Source: Pseudothermotoga sp.
GTDB lineage: Bacteria > Thermotogota > Thermotogae > Thermotogales > DSM-5069
Reading direction: 5' to 3' (one strand)
NCBI GenBank assembly: GCA_031962025.1
Contig: JAVRKW010000006.1
Length of the DNA stretch: 64,000 nt
The notes below the pieces were generated by a model, which saw only the letters and a list, made by a program, of their open reading frames with translations, did not search any database and was not told where the DNA came from. Positions 38,895 to 48,724 of the stretch are shown here, one piece after another (position 1 is the stretch's first letter; the number at the start of each line of letters is the position of its first letter). A program made the position numbers and the translations under genes.

Positions 38895-39767
38895 CTATTT
38901 CCACAGAACCGACTTTGGTATGAAGGCTTTTGCCGTTTTGTTTGGATCTACAAGCTGACTTATTTGAATGTCTACTACAAGGCTTGCAAGCATGTATGCA
39001 TCTACTGTCGAGATTTTTAACATATCTGACAGAAAACTCACCGCTTGAGCAGTTACTTCTATGATGGCTTGTTCTATGTCGGGCAATGAAACAACTATGA
39101 AGTATCCTTCTTTTGTTTCTATCATAGGCCATTGTGTTTTTTGATCAACGATATCTACCATTACCATCACTTTTGCACCAACTTCGCAGGCAGAAACGCA
39201 TACCTCTCCATCAGCCATCAGGGCATGTACATCTCCCAAAGCAAGAAGAGCACCTTCCTGGAATATTGGTAGGTACAGCGTGCTTCCCGTTTTGATCTGC
39301 TTTGTGTCCATGTTTCCTCCGTGCTTATGTGCTGTACCTGTTGGAAATTCGTCCTTATTTGGCGCAACTCCTATGACACCTATCATTGGATCAACTGGGA
39401 GTCTGAGATTGCCAAAATGGATCAATCCGTCATCGATCTGAAGAATCTTGACTTTGAATCCTTTGGTCAATTCTGGCAGAACCCCAAATCCTTCTTCGGA
39501 AACTATCACACCTTTGTCTGCAATTTCTATGTCCAGAATTTTGATTTTCAGAGTCTTCCCAGCAGTTGCTCCTTTTACAAAAACAGGACCTGTGGCTGGA
39601 TTGACTTTTGAAAAATCCAGATTTGCCGTGTCTTGTTCAGTTTTTATTTGTCCACCAAGGGCATCCAGAGTTTCAAAAACAATTACTTCTCCTGGTTCAA
39701 CGGTTTCGACTGGTGTCATCACAGGTGAAAAGGCATAGATAACTTCAGATGAACAGATTTTTTTCAT
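38895..39767 (-). CDS. Acetamidase/formamidase family protein
   Basis: NPATGPVFV, PMIGVIGVAP, HGGNMD, GDVHALMADGEV; start 39767 or 39773. Confidence 0.9.
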   Translation of the reverse strand: MKKICSSEVIYAFSPVMTPVETVEPGEVIVFETLDALGGQIKTEQDTANLDFSKVNPATGPVFVKGATAGKTLKIKILDIEIADKGVIVSEEGFGVLPELTKGFKVKILQIDDGLIHFGNLRLPVDPMIGVIGVAPNKDEFPTGTAHKHGGNMDTKQIKTGSTLYLPIFQEGALLALGDVHALMADGEVCVSACEVGAKVMVMVDIVDQKTQWPMIETKEGYFIVVSLPDIEQAIIEVTAQAVSFLSDMLKISTVDAYMLASLVVDIQISQLVDPNKTAKAFIPKSVLWK

Positions 39768-39880
39768 CAACATTCAGCGCAGTCAACTCCATCTTCTATA
39801 AGATGGAGAATGTGCTGTTCCCTCCTTTCTAACATCAATGTTTTTGCTTTCTCTAAAAGCCGTAAGTTTGTCCATTTTAT
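39768..39880 (-). mobile_element. IscB-type IS200/IS605 terminal relic (one end only)
   Basis: Homologous to 22365-22453; frame WTNLRLLEKAKTLMLERREQHILHLIEDGVDCAEC* resembles an IscB C-terminus; hairpin CTCCATCTT-ATAG-AAGATGGAG; abuts ATGAA. Confidence 0.65.
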
Positions 39881-41208
39881 TTTTTGTCTTCCCCCTGTGA
39901 ATATTTTTCTTTACCCCAGAGTTCTTCGAGCCTTTTTTTGATGTTCACTTCTTTTCCTATTTCCTTGGGCACATAAATTTTGATTTTTTTGAGCTCATCA
40001 GGCATATAGCTTCTTTTCACAAAACCCCCGACCTCATGTGGATAGACATATCCGTCACCATAGCCGGCGTTTTTCATCAATTTTGTCACAGGATTTCTCA
40101 AAAAGAGTGGAACCTGAACACTGGCTGATTGCTTGACCACATTTTTTGCCGTCTCGACAGCCAAGTACACTGAATTGCTCTTTGGCGCTGCTGCAAGATA
40201 TATCACAGCTTGAGCGAGATTGAGTATACACTCAGGCAGTCCAACGTATTCAACTGCCTGAGCCGCTGAAACTGCAACAAGCAGTGCCATAGGTTCAGCC
40301 AGACCGATATCTTCACTGGCAAGGATTATCATTCTCCGTGCTATGAACATTGGATCTTCTCCGGACTCAATCATTCTTGTCATGTAGTAAAGAGCAGCAT
40401 CAGGATCGCTGCCCCTCAAACTTTTTATGAACGCAGAGGCAAAATCATAATGTTCTTCAGATCTATATCCCTGCGGTTTGTAACCTGTGCTTGCCTGCAA
40501 GATTTTTAAATCAAGTGTCTTCTCATTCATGGCTTTTGCCGTTTCTATTGCCATTTCAAGTGTATTCAGTGAAAAGCGCGCATCACCCTGAGAAAGCTGA
40601 GCAATTGACTCAAGCACTTCTTCGGTGACTGATATACCGTAATCTGCTATTTTCTGATCGACTATCAAGGCTCTTTTCATTATTCTCACCAAATCTTCGT
40701 TGGAAAGGGGTTTAAGAAAAATCACTCTGCACCTTGACAATAAAGGTGGAATGATTTCAAAGGATGGATTTTCAGTTGTAGCACCTATAAGTGTTATTGT
40801 TCCATCTTCCACTTTGGAGAGTAACAGGTCCTGCTGGGCTTTGTTGAGACGGTGGATTTCGTCTATGAAAACCACAGTCTGCTTACCGTACCTTTTCATT
40901 TCCTGTGCACGATTCATGGCTTGCTTGATCTCAGCGGCACCATGAAGGGCTCCACTGAATGAGTAGAATTCGGCATTTACGTATTTTCTTATGAGTTCGG
41001 CGATAGAACTTTTCCCACAACCAGGTGGTCCATACAGGATGCAAGAAAATATACTCCCTTTCTCAAGGGCTTTGCGCAATATTCCGTCTTTTCCCATTAC
41101 ATGTTGCTGGCCGATCAAATCATCCAGATTTTTTGGTCTGACTCTTTCTGCAAGTGGCTTGTGCTCGTCTACCAACTCAAGCCCCCCAAAAGACGGGTTA
41201 TCCGTCAT
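39877..41208 (-). CDS. rarA: Replication-associated recombination protein A (MgsA/RarA AAA+ ATPase)
   Basis: PLAERVRP, GPPGCGKS, DEIHRLNKAQQD, ATTENPSF, SAFIKSLRGSDPDAA. Confidence 0.95.
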   Translation of the reverse strand: MTDNPSFGGLELVDEHKPLAERVRPKNLDDLIGQQHVMGKDGILRKALEKGSIFSCILYGPPGCGKSSIAELIRKYVNAEFYSFSGALHGAAEIKQAMNRAQEMKRYGKQTVVFIDEIHRLNKAQQDLLLSKVEDGTITLIGATTENPSFEIIPPLLSRCRVIFLKPLSNEDLVRIMKRALIVDQKIADYGISVTEEVLESIAQLSQGDARFSLNTLEMAIETAKAMNEKTLDLKILQASTGYKPQGYRSEEHYDFASAFIKSLRGSDPDAALYYMTRMIESGEDPMFIARRMIILASEDIGLAEPMALLVAVSAAQAVEYVGLPECILNLAQAVIYLAAAPKSNSVYLAVETAKNVVKQSASVQVPLFLRNPVTKLMKNAGYGDGYVYPHEVGGFVKRSYMPDELKKIKIYVPKEIGKEVNIKKRLEELWGKEKYSQGEDKK

Positions 41209-42125
41209 GTTTTGAAGAACTCAACAGTTGCCGCCAATCCTTCTAAGAGTGTTGTCTGTGGAGTCCAGCCTAATTCCATTCTCGCTTTTGTTGGGTCGAG
41301 TGTGCTTTTTCGTATATCTCCCTTTCTTGGAGGAGCATAAACAGGTTGTTTTTGATAATGTGTTATCTGCGCAAGCATTTTGAAAAGTTCATTAACAGAA
41401 GTCCCGATGCCCGTGCCTATGTTGTATATACCGCTGACATTTTCATTTAAGGCAAGCAGGTTGGCACGAACGACATCTTTCACGTATACATAATCTCTCA
41501 CATATTCGCCATCTCCAAAGATGGTAACTTCATCATTTTTTAGCATTCGTGAAGAAAATATGGCAACAACGCCTGCTTCTCCGTTTGGATCCTGTCTGGG
41601 ACCGTAGACATTGCCATACCTTAGAGATACATAATTCAGGTTCTTTTCTTTTTTGTAGAATTCAAGATACATCTCCACTGATCTTTTGGCAATTCCGTAA
41701 GGAGACACGGGGTGGGGCACAGTTGTTTCATCTGTGGGTATTGGTACATCTTCTCCGTAAATTGCCCCACCGGTTGAAGAAAAGATGAATTTTTTCACAC
41801 CGTATTTCACGCTTTTTTCCAGTAGAATCAGGCTCCCGATGATGTTTACCTTAGCATCCTTTGCGGGTTCTTTCACAGAAATACTCACGCTTGCCTGAGC
41901 AGCAAGATGAAACACAAAATCAAATTTGTGGAGCATGAAAACACGTTCCATCATCTCTTCGTCTTCAACGCTCTGCTGGTAAAACAAAACATTTCGGCTC
42001 AGGTTTTCCACTTTTCCAGTGGAGAGATTGTCAACCACAACCACTTTGTGACCCTCTTGGATTAGTGCATCCACTATGTGCGAACCTATGAATCCAGCTC
42101 CGCCAGTGACAAGAATATTTGCCAC
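41205..42125 (-). CDS. NAD-dependent epimerase/dehydratase (UDP-glucose 4-epimerase-like)
   Basis: TGGAGFIGSH, HLAAQ, SSTGGAIYG, YGIAK, LRYGNVYGPRQ. Confidence 0.9.
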   Translation of the reverse strand: MANILVTGGAGFIGSHIVDALIQEGHKVVVVDNLSTGKVENLSRNVLFYQQSVEDEEMMERVFMLHKFDFVFHLAAQASVSISVKEPAKDAKVNIIGSLILLEKSVKYGVKKFIFSSTGGAIYGEDVPIPTDETTVPHPVSPYGIAKRSVEMYLEFYKKEKNLNYVSLRYGNVYGPRQDPNGEAGVVAIFSSRMLKNDEVTIFGDGEYVRDYVYVKDVVRANLLALNENVSGIYNIGTGIGTSVNELFKMLAQITHYQKQPVYAPPRKGDIRKSTLDPTKARMELGWTPQTTLLEGLAATVEFFKT

Positions 42126-42127
42126 TA

Positions 42128-42661
42128 TCAGTCACCCTCTTCTTCTTCCTCTTTTTCTGTTTCTGCCGCTTTTATGTCTTCAAGTACTTCCTGTGGAAGT
42201 TGTTCTACATTGACCAATTTTCTGCTCTCTTCAATGAATTTTCTGAGTTCTTTTGACTTGGATTCATCAAAATCGATGATCAATTTGTAAAATTCCTTTA
42301 CTCTCTCACGGGCTCTTGCCGTCAGATAATGCGACAGGTGTTTTGAAATCTTTTCGGATATATCCATTGGCACTCCAAGTACGTAATAGAAGAAATTACA
42401 GATTCTTTGCTGCAGAACGCGCATGATCTGAGCCTTCCTTTTTCCTTTGTTTGTCAAGACTATGAGTCCGTACTTTTCGTATTCGACATAACCCAGATCT
42501 GCTAAGCGTCTGACGGCGTTTGTCACGCTTGGAAGACTCACCCCTACCTTACGAGCAATTGTGCTGATTCTGGCGGCTGGTTGTCTTTGCTGAATTTCGT
42601 AAATGATGGTCAGGTAATCCTCAAGTGCGGGTGTTAAGATTTTCTTTCTGCCCCTTGCCAT
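42128..42661 (-). CDS. DtxR/MntR-family winged-helix regulator (metal ligands degenerate)
   Basis: LEDYL, ARISTIA, VSLPSVTNAVRRL, YEKYGLIVLT. Confidence 0.82.
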   Translation of the reverse strand: MARGRKKILTPALEDYLTIIYEIQQRQPAARISTIARKVGVSLPSVTNAVRRLADLGYVEYEKYGLIVLTNKGKRKAQIMRVLQQRICNFFYYVLGVPMDISEKISKHLSHYLTARARERVKEFYKLIIDFDESKSKELRKFIEESRKLVNVEQLPQEVLEDIKAAETEKEEEEEGD

Positions 42662-42665
42662 AATC

Positions 42666-43253
42666 TTACCTCCTTTTGTACTGATCGAAAAATGTCCTTA
42701 CCTTTTTTATATCCTGCCAGGTGAGATCCTTAGGAGATCCTTTCTCCTTAGAAGGATTCCTCAGCAGGAAGCTTGGATGAAACATTGGAAAAAGTTTTTT
42801 GCCACCTTTCCAATCGATTTCTTTGCCTCTGTACTCGGTGATGGAAATGTTCTGGTTGAGAAAGAAAGATAAAGCCGTACTTCCGAGCGGAACTATTACC
42901 TGTGGATCTACGATCATTATCTGTGCAAGAAGAAAATGACCACAGGCTTTCTGCTCCTCTGCTTTTGGAGTTCTGTTGTTGGGTGGTCTGCATTTTACGA
43001 TGTTGCATATGTAGACATCTTCACGGTTGATGTTGACTGACTCGAGAATTTTCGTCAAAAGTTGCCCGGCTTTGCCTACAAATGGTCTTCCTGTTTTATC
43101 TTCTTCTTCGCCGGGTCCTTCACCAACAAACATTATTGGAGCATACAAACTACCTTCACCAACAACAACATTAGAACGGGTTGTATAAAGCTCACACGCC
43201 GTGCACTTACTGACTCTATCAGCGATTATTTGCATAAGCTGTTCTCGAGTCAT
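42666..43253 (-). CDS. Uracil-DNA glycosylase family 4
   Basis: CTAC, GEGPG, FVGKAG, KCRPPNNR, HPS motifs; ATG 43253 after AGGAGG. Confidence 0.93.
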   Translation of the reverse strand: MTREQLMQIIADRVSKCTACELYTTRSNVVVGEGSLYAPIMFVGEGPGEEEDKTGRPFVGKAGQLLTKILESVNINREDVYICNIVKCRPPNNRTPKAEEQKACGHFLLAQIMIVDPQVIVPLGSTALSFFLNQNISITEYRGKEIDWKGGKKLFPMFHPSFLLRNPSKEKGSPKDLTWQDIKKVRTFFDQYKRR

Positions 43254-43403
43254 CTTACATTCCTCCTGAAAGTAAAACACTGTTTCATCTGGATATACAT
43301 TTTTTATTTTACCACAAATACTATATTTTAGTCTTGCAAATCAAGTTTAAAGTTCAACTAATGTAGATGGAAAAATCTATGCGGGGGTTAAAAATAGTCG
43401 GTA

Positions 43404-44207
43404 CTACAGTTTTCCCATTAAATCAATGAGTAATTCAACATTGTGGAAACCAAACAATTTTCCGGCTTCACGATTTGGAAAATTTCTCAGTATTTGTTGA
43501 TATACCTTCTGAACAAGGCTTTTTTTACAATAGATCCATGTTCCCCACGGAAGTTTCCCGATTACCACCGAAAGTCCCAGTGGAAACATGAGCAAATCGA
43601 CAACACAGAGAAACTCATCATCACTATCACATTCCACCAAGCCCAGTTTGAATTTTTGCTCAATTATCTGAATTTTTGATAGTATATCCGAAAGTCTTTT
43701 AATGTCTTTCACTTTGCCGAACAGTATGACATCAAATACCTCTTCGAGCGTGTGCTTAGCCAAAAATCTTGCCAGATACTCTGTTTCTTCAGATCGAGCC
43801 GTTTTCAAAAAGCCGGTATCAGTGACAAGTGCAACCGCAAAACAAAACAGGACTTTTTCATCCAATTCTGTTTTTTCACTCAAGTCATAAAGGTTCATCA
43901 CATTTGCTGTTCTGTGTCTGATATGCGCAAAATCTGCTTTATTCACAAATTCCAGGCAACAATCGGTGTGATGGTCAAAAACCCTGTAGTTGCTAACACT
44001 GAAAGGTACCTTCTTTGGGTCACACGTATCGTACACGTAGAAACAATGTACCCTCTCTGGAATGAAGTTTTTGACACCGAATTTTTTCATCAAATTTAAG
44101 ACCGTTGAATCCGGGTTATCGACGTAGATGCCCCCGCCTATCGTTTGATATCCCCAGTAGGCGCTTGCAAAACTGTCTGCGTCGGCATTAACATGCGTTA
44201 CATGCAA
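43404..44207 (-). CDS. DHH-family phosphoesterase-like protein
   Basis: THVNADADSFASA, VYDT, FDHH, LVTDTG motifs. Confidence 0.7.
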   Translation of the reverse strand: MHVTHVNADADSFASAYWGYQTIGGGIYVDNPDSTVLNLMKKFGVKNFIPERVHCFYVYDTCDPKKVPFSVSNYRVFDHHTDCCLEFVNKADFAHIRHRTANVMNLYDLSEKTELDEKVLFCFAVALVTDTGFLKTARSEETEYLARFLAKHTLEEVFDVILFGKVKDIKRLSDILSKIQIIEQKFKLGLVECDSDDEFLCVVDLLMFPLGLSVVIGKLPWGTWIYCKKSLVQKVYQQILRNFPNREAGKLFGFHNVELLIDLMGKL

Positions 44208-44217
44208 TACTGGTAGC

Positions 44218-46653
44218 TCACCACAGTGCCGATTGATCAGGATGCACCTTCTTTTTTCTCAGTCTTTTGAGTTTTTCTGAGCTGACAACTCTCAGTTTAT
44301 CTTCAAGTTCGCTCTTGGTTACTATGACATCGAGTACTTCTTTAGCTCTTTGAACGATGTCTTTGGGAAGACCTGCTATTGCAGCAACTTCAATGCCATA
44401 GCTTTTATCGGCTATTCCATCGATCACTTTGTGCAGAAATACCACACCGGATTTTTCTTCGACCACCTGTATGGTTTTATTCTCAATTCCTTCGTACATC
44501 TTTGCCAGTTCCGTCAGCTCGGTGAAGTGCGTTGCAAAAATACACTTACAGCCAAGTTGATTGTGTATGTATTCGGATACTGCCCAGGCTATGCTTATAC
44601 CATCAAAGGTGCTCGTTCCTCTGCCAACTTCATCGAGCACGACCAGACTGTCTTTAGTGGCTTGGTGGATTATCTTTGCCACTTCATTCATCTCGACCAG
44701 AAAAGTACTCTTACCAGATGTTATATCATCACGTACACCCATTTTCGCAAAAATTCTGTCAAAGATTGGCAGGATAGCCTCATCTGCGGGAACAAAACTA
44801 CCAATCTGTGCCATCAGAGCAATTAAAGCCACCTGACGTATGAATGTCGATTTGCCACTCATATTCGGTCCGGTCAGTATCACAAAACTTTTCGACTGAT
44901 CCATCTGCAAATCATTTGGAACGAAATTATCCACGAGTCTTTCTACCACTGGGTGTCTTGAGTTTTTCAAGCGCAGTGTTCCGTTGAATTGAAATTTCGG
45001 TTTTGTATAGCCATACCGCACAGCGGCATAAGCTAAAGCCGAAAGAACATCAACACAGGCAAGAAAATCAGCCAATGCCACGATCGATTCTATCTTCTCC
45101 GCGATCGTTGAACAGAGTCCATCATAGAGTTCTTTTTCACGTTTTTCGAGTTTTTCCTTGGCTGTCAGTATCTTTTCTTCGAATTTTTTCAATTCTTCTG
45201 TGACAAACCTTTCGGCATTCACAAGGGTTTGCTTTCTGATGTAATCTTTTGGAATTTTGGAAAGATGCGATTTGGTTACTTCTATGTAGTAACCAAAAAC
45301 TGTATTGTAACCCACTTTCAAATTTGGTATACTGGTTCTCACTCTTTCCTGCTTTTCAAAGTCCTTTAAAAATTCCTCGGAATGGTAAACGAGTTCTCTG
45401 AGATCGTCGAGTTCTTTATCATAACCGACCTTTACCACTCCGCCTTCTCCTAAAACCGAAGATGGATTTTCTTCAATTGCCTGTTCGAGTTTTTGATGAA
45501 GATCTTCAAGACAATCTATCTGAGCCATTTGTGCAAAATGTTCGTTGCTCAAAAGTGCCTCTTTTATGTATGGGCAAACAGAAAGAGTGCCGCGCAGTGC
45601 GACGAGATCTTTTGGTGAAGCTTTGCCGTAACGAATTCTGCCTGCTATTCGCTGAATGTCTTTAACAGAGCTCAGATATTCTCTGACTTCATTCAATAAC
45701 AACTGGTCGTTGACCAGAGCCTCGACTCTGTTCAGCCTTTCTGATATTCTGTCGATATCTCTCAGAGGTTGTAAAATCCAGCTTTTCAAGAGCCTTGCAC
45801 CCATAGGAGTTCTGGTGAAGTTGAGTACATCAAACAGGTTTTTACCCTTTTCACCCGGAAGCAATGCGAGATGCTCTATGGTTCCTGGATCGAGAAAGAT
45901 GCAGGATTGATCTCTGAGAATCTTCGGTGGCTTTAAAAACACGTTGTTTGCCATCAATGTAAAACGAAGGTATCTGATAAGCGCGCCGAAAGTTTGCAAA
46001 TTCTCACCAAGTTCGAAGTGGTCTATGGTCGATACACCAAAGGTTTCTGCAATGTCTTTTTCAATGTTGACACTGCTCAGATGCCAGTCTGAAAGCGGTT
46101 CTATCATGATGTTTTTGAGTCTTTGTTCCAACTCGTTTTTCAGTGATGGTTCACAGAGTATCTGAGAAACTTTCGTAGATTCAAGAAAATCCAGTGCTGT
46201 TTGAAGATCATCAAATGCCGCCGCAAAACTCTCACCGGTTGAAACATCCACACCTGCAACTGTATATCGATCGGGTTTGCACAGTGCAACAAGGTAGTTA
46301 TTCGATTCCTGCTCGAGCAACTCGTCCTCCAGGATCGTACCCGGCGTGACTATTCTGGTGACCTCTCTTTTGACAAGTCCTTTTGCTACAGCGGGGTCTT
46401 CGAGCTGATCGCATATCGCGACCTTGTAACCTGCTTGCACGAGTTTTTTGAGATAAACGTTAAGTGCGTGATACGGAACACCTGCCATGGGTGCACCTTG
46501 CCGGTGAGTTAATACAAGATCGAGCACCTTTGATACCAACTGTGCATCTTCAAAAAACGCCTCGTAAAAATCACCGAGGCGGAAAAGTAAGATCGCGTCT
46601 TTGTACTTTGATTTTATTTGTGTGTATTGCTGCATCATTGGTGTGAGCTTCAA
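44218..46653 (-). CDS. mutS: DNA mismatch repair protein MutS
   Basis: TPMMQQY, GDFYEAF, TGPNMSGKST, STFLVEM, DEVGRGTST, FATHF. Confidence 0.97.
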   Translation of the reverse strand: MKLTPMMQQYTQIKSKYKDAILLFRLGDFYEAFFEDAQLVSKVLDLVLTHRQGAPMAGVPYHALNVYLKKLVQAGYKVAICDQLEDPAVAKGLVKREVTRIVTPGTILEDELLEQESNNYLVALCKPDRYTVAGVDVSTGESFAAAFDDLQTALDFLESTKVSQILCEPSLKNELEQRLKNIMIEPLSDWHLSSVNIEKDIAETFGVSTIDHFELGENLQTFGALIRYLRFTLMANNVFLKPPKILRDQSCIFLDPGTIEHLALLPGEKGKNLFDVLNFTRTPMGARLLKSWILQPLRDIDRISERLNRVEALVNDQLLLNEVREYLSSVKDIQRIAGRIRYGKASPKDLVALRGTLSVCPYIKEALLSNEHFAQMAQIDCLEDLHQKLEQAIEENPSSVLGEGGVVKVGYDKELDDLRELVYHSEEFLKDFEKQERVRTSIPNLKVGYNTVFGYYIEVTKSHLSKIPKDYIRKQTLVNAERFVTEELKKFEEKILTAKEKLEKREKELYDGLCSTIAEKIESIVALADFLACVDVLSALAYAAVRYGYTKPKFQFNGTLRLKNSRHPVVERLVDNFVPNDLQMDQSKSFVILTGPNMSGKSTFIRQVALIALMAQIGSFVPADEAILPIFDRIFAKMGVRDDITSGKSTFLVEMNEVAKIIHQATKDSLVVLDEVGRGTSTFDGISIAWAVSEYIHNQLGCKCIFATHFTELTELAKMYEGIENKTIQVVEEKSGVVFLHKVIDGIADKSYGIEVAAIAGLPKDIVQRAKEVLDVIVTKSELEDKLRVVSSEKLKRLRKKKVHPDQSALW

Positions 46654-46659
46654 GTGATC

Positions 46660-47259
46660 TCACCTTCTTTTTGGTTCAATCACCCTATCTATCAATCCAT
46701 AATTCAGAGCTTCGTATGCATCCATGAAAAAGTCCCTATCGGTGTCTTTCTCTATTCTTTCAAATGGCTGACCTGTTTTTTCGCTGAGTATGCTGTTTAT
46801 CAGATTTTTTATTCGAAGAAGTTCCTTGGTGATTATTTCGACGTCTTTAACTGGTCCCTCAGCACCACCGAGTGGCTGGTGGAGCATTATTCTGGCATTT
46901 GGCAGTGCAAAGCGTTTCCCTTTCGTGCCACTTGCGAGAAGCACGGCAGCCATTGAAGCAGCCTGTCCCACACAGATCGTTGTCACATCGCATTTCACAT
47001 ATTGCATTGTGTCATAAATTGCAAGTCCCGCGGTTACCGATCCTCCGGGACTGTTTATATAAAGCTGGATATCTTTGTCTGGATCTTCAGCTTCGAGAAA
47101 CAAAAGCTGTGCTACAACCAGATTTGCCGTGTGATCGTCTATTGGATAGCCAAGGAAAACTATGCGATCTTTCAAAAGCCTTGAATAAATATCGTAAGCC
47201 CGCTCATATCTACCGGTGGACTCTATAACGGTTGGAATGAGCTGATCATTTATCTTCAT
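46660..47259 (-). CDS. clpP: ATP-dependent Clp protease proteolytic subunit
   Basis: [32 protein letters not shown]. Confidence 0.97.
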   Translation of the reverse strand: MKINDQLIPTVIESTGRYERAYDIYSRLLKDRIVFLGYPIDDHTANLVVAQLLFLEAEDPDKDIQLYINSPGGSVTAGLAIYDTMQYVKCDVTTICVGQAASMAAVLLASGTKGKRFALPNARIMLHQPLGGAEGPVKDVEIITKELLRIKNLINSILSEKTGQPFERIEKDTDRDFFMDAYEALNYGLIDRVIEPKRR

Positions 47260-48535
47260 GTTTTTCTTCCTCCTTCTGGAACTGTTCAGGCTTCACATCT
47301 GTTATCTTTGCTTTGGTGAGAATCAAATCTGCCACCTTTCTTTTCAACAATTCCCAGCGTACATCATCGGAAATATCCTTGCGAGATTTTAAGATCGATC
47401 TGGCTCTCTCGACGGAAATTCCCCATGCAACTGAAAGATCCTGTGCCTGTGCCTCCACTTCTTCATCGGTTACCTTTAAATCGTTTTCCTGTGCGACTTT
47501 TTCTATCGATAAGGTTCTCTTGAGATCAGTGAGATAGTAATTCTTGAGCGCTTCTTTGAGCTTTTCAGGATCGTTGTCGTGATCTTTGAGCAGTTTTTCG
47601 TACTCTTCTTTATCCTGTCTGATCTTTTCAAATGCCCGCTCTACAAGTTCATTCAATGTGCGATCTGATATGAGCAGCTCAGATTCACTTGACAGTATAT
47701 CGATCACTTGATTTTGAAGAAACTCTTTCATATCTTTTTCGTAGAGCTCAGACCCTTCTTTTTCAAGTGCGTCTTTTAGCTGCTGAAGAGTTTCATATTC
47801 TGAGCTAACTGCTTTTGCAAGTTCATCAGATATATCAAGCAGTTTTCTTTTGTTCACCTGTTCGATCTCGATTCTGTAATGATAGACTTTGTCCTTTCCA
47901 AAATCTCTATCAAACTCGACTACATCCCCTGCCTTTTTTCCCACCACTTCTGTGACAATGGGTCTGTCGTCTTCTTTGTAAAGCACATATTCACTGACTT
48001 TACCATCCATTATCGTTTTTCCATCTGTTGTTATTGTCACCTTTGCTCTGACCATATCCTCATAGTCGGCTGGACCTTCCTTGGGTTCCAGTATTGCGTG
48101 GAATTCCTGTAGCTCTTTGAGTCTTCTTTCAACATAACCGTTCAGAATTGACGGTTTATCGAGCCTTTTTAATTCAAATTCTTCAAATGGTTTTATCACT
48201 ATTTCTGGTTTTTTGTGAATCTGCAGGACTAACTTTGCACCATTCTCGCTGATCTCAAAATCTTCCAGAATGGGTGATAACAGTAGCTCTTCATATTCAC
48301 TTATCTGGTTGATGGCTTTTTGCCAGAGCACTTCGAGTATTTCGGATTTTATAGTCTCTGGATAACGCATTTTCAGTAAATACTTTGGTGCTCTTCCTTT
48401 TCTAAATCCAGGAATATCTACCCTATCTGCAACTTGTTTAATGGCGAGTTCCTCGGCATCCAAAACTTCTCTCTGGTCGAAAATGTATTCGTAGATCACC
48501 AGATTCTTTTCCTGCGTTCTGACATTTGTTTGCAT
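47246..48535 (-). CDS. tig: Trigger factor
   Basis: [10 protein letters not shown] signature; directly upstream of clpP. Confidence 0.92.
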   Translation of the reverse strand: MQTNVRTQEKNLVIYEYIFDQREVLDAEELAIKQVADRVDIPGFRKGRAPKYLLKMRYPETIKSEILEVLWQKAINQISEYEELLLSPILEDFEISENGAKLVLQIHKKPEIVIKPFEEFELKRLDKPSILNGYVERRLKELQEFHAILEPKEGPADYEDMVRAKVTITTDGKTIMDGKVSEYVLYKEDDRPIVTEVVGKKAGDVVEFDRDFGKDKVYHYRIEIEQVNKRKLLDISDELAKAVSSEYETLQQLKDALEKEGSELYEKDMKEFLQNQVIDILSSESELLISDRTLNELVERAFEKIRQDKEEYEKLLKDHDNDPEKLKEALKNYYLTDLKRTLSIEKVAQENDLKVTDEEVEAQAQDLSVAWGISVERARSILKSRKDISDDVRWELLKRKVADLILTKAKITDVKPEQFQKEEEKHEDK

Positions 48536-48580
48536 TTTATAACCTCCTCATTTGTTCTACACTAAATTATAACACGACAC

Positions 48581-48603
48581 AAAAAAAGCAGGCTTTCGCC
48601 TGC
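48581..48603 (-). terminator. Intrinsic terminator after tRNA-Gln
   Basis: GCAGGC-GAAA-GCCTGC followed by T7. Confidence 0.85.
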
Positions 48604-48608
48604 GAACC

Positions 48609-48682
48609 TGGCTGGGAGGGGAGGACTCGAACCTCCACCGGCGGATCCAGAGTCCGCTGTCCTACCATTAGACGACCTCCCA
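48609..48682 (-). tRNA. tRNA-Gln (CUG)
   Basis: TGGGAGG acceptor stem, GCGGA-CTCTGGA-TCCGC anticodon arm, GGTTCGAGTCC T-arm, encoded CCA. Confidence 0.96.
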
Positions 48683-48724
48683 ATGCCAACTAATTATATC
48701 ATCAGATTTGATAAATGGTCAAGA

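Noticed and set aside
39783..39875. 30-aa ORF MDKLTAFRESKNIDVRKEGTAHSPSYRRWS as an attenuator leader peptide
   Set aside because: No equivalent start in the 22.4 kb copy and no regulatory codon run; better explained as an alternate frame of the IS relic.
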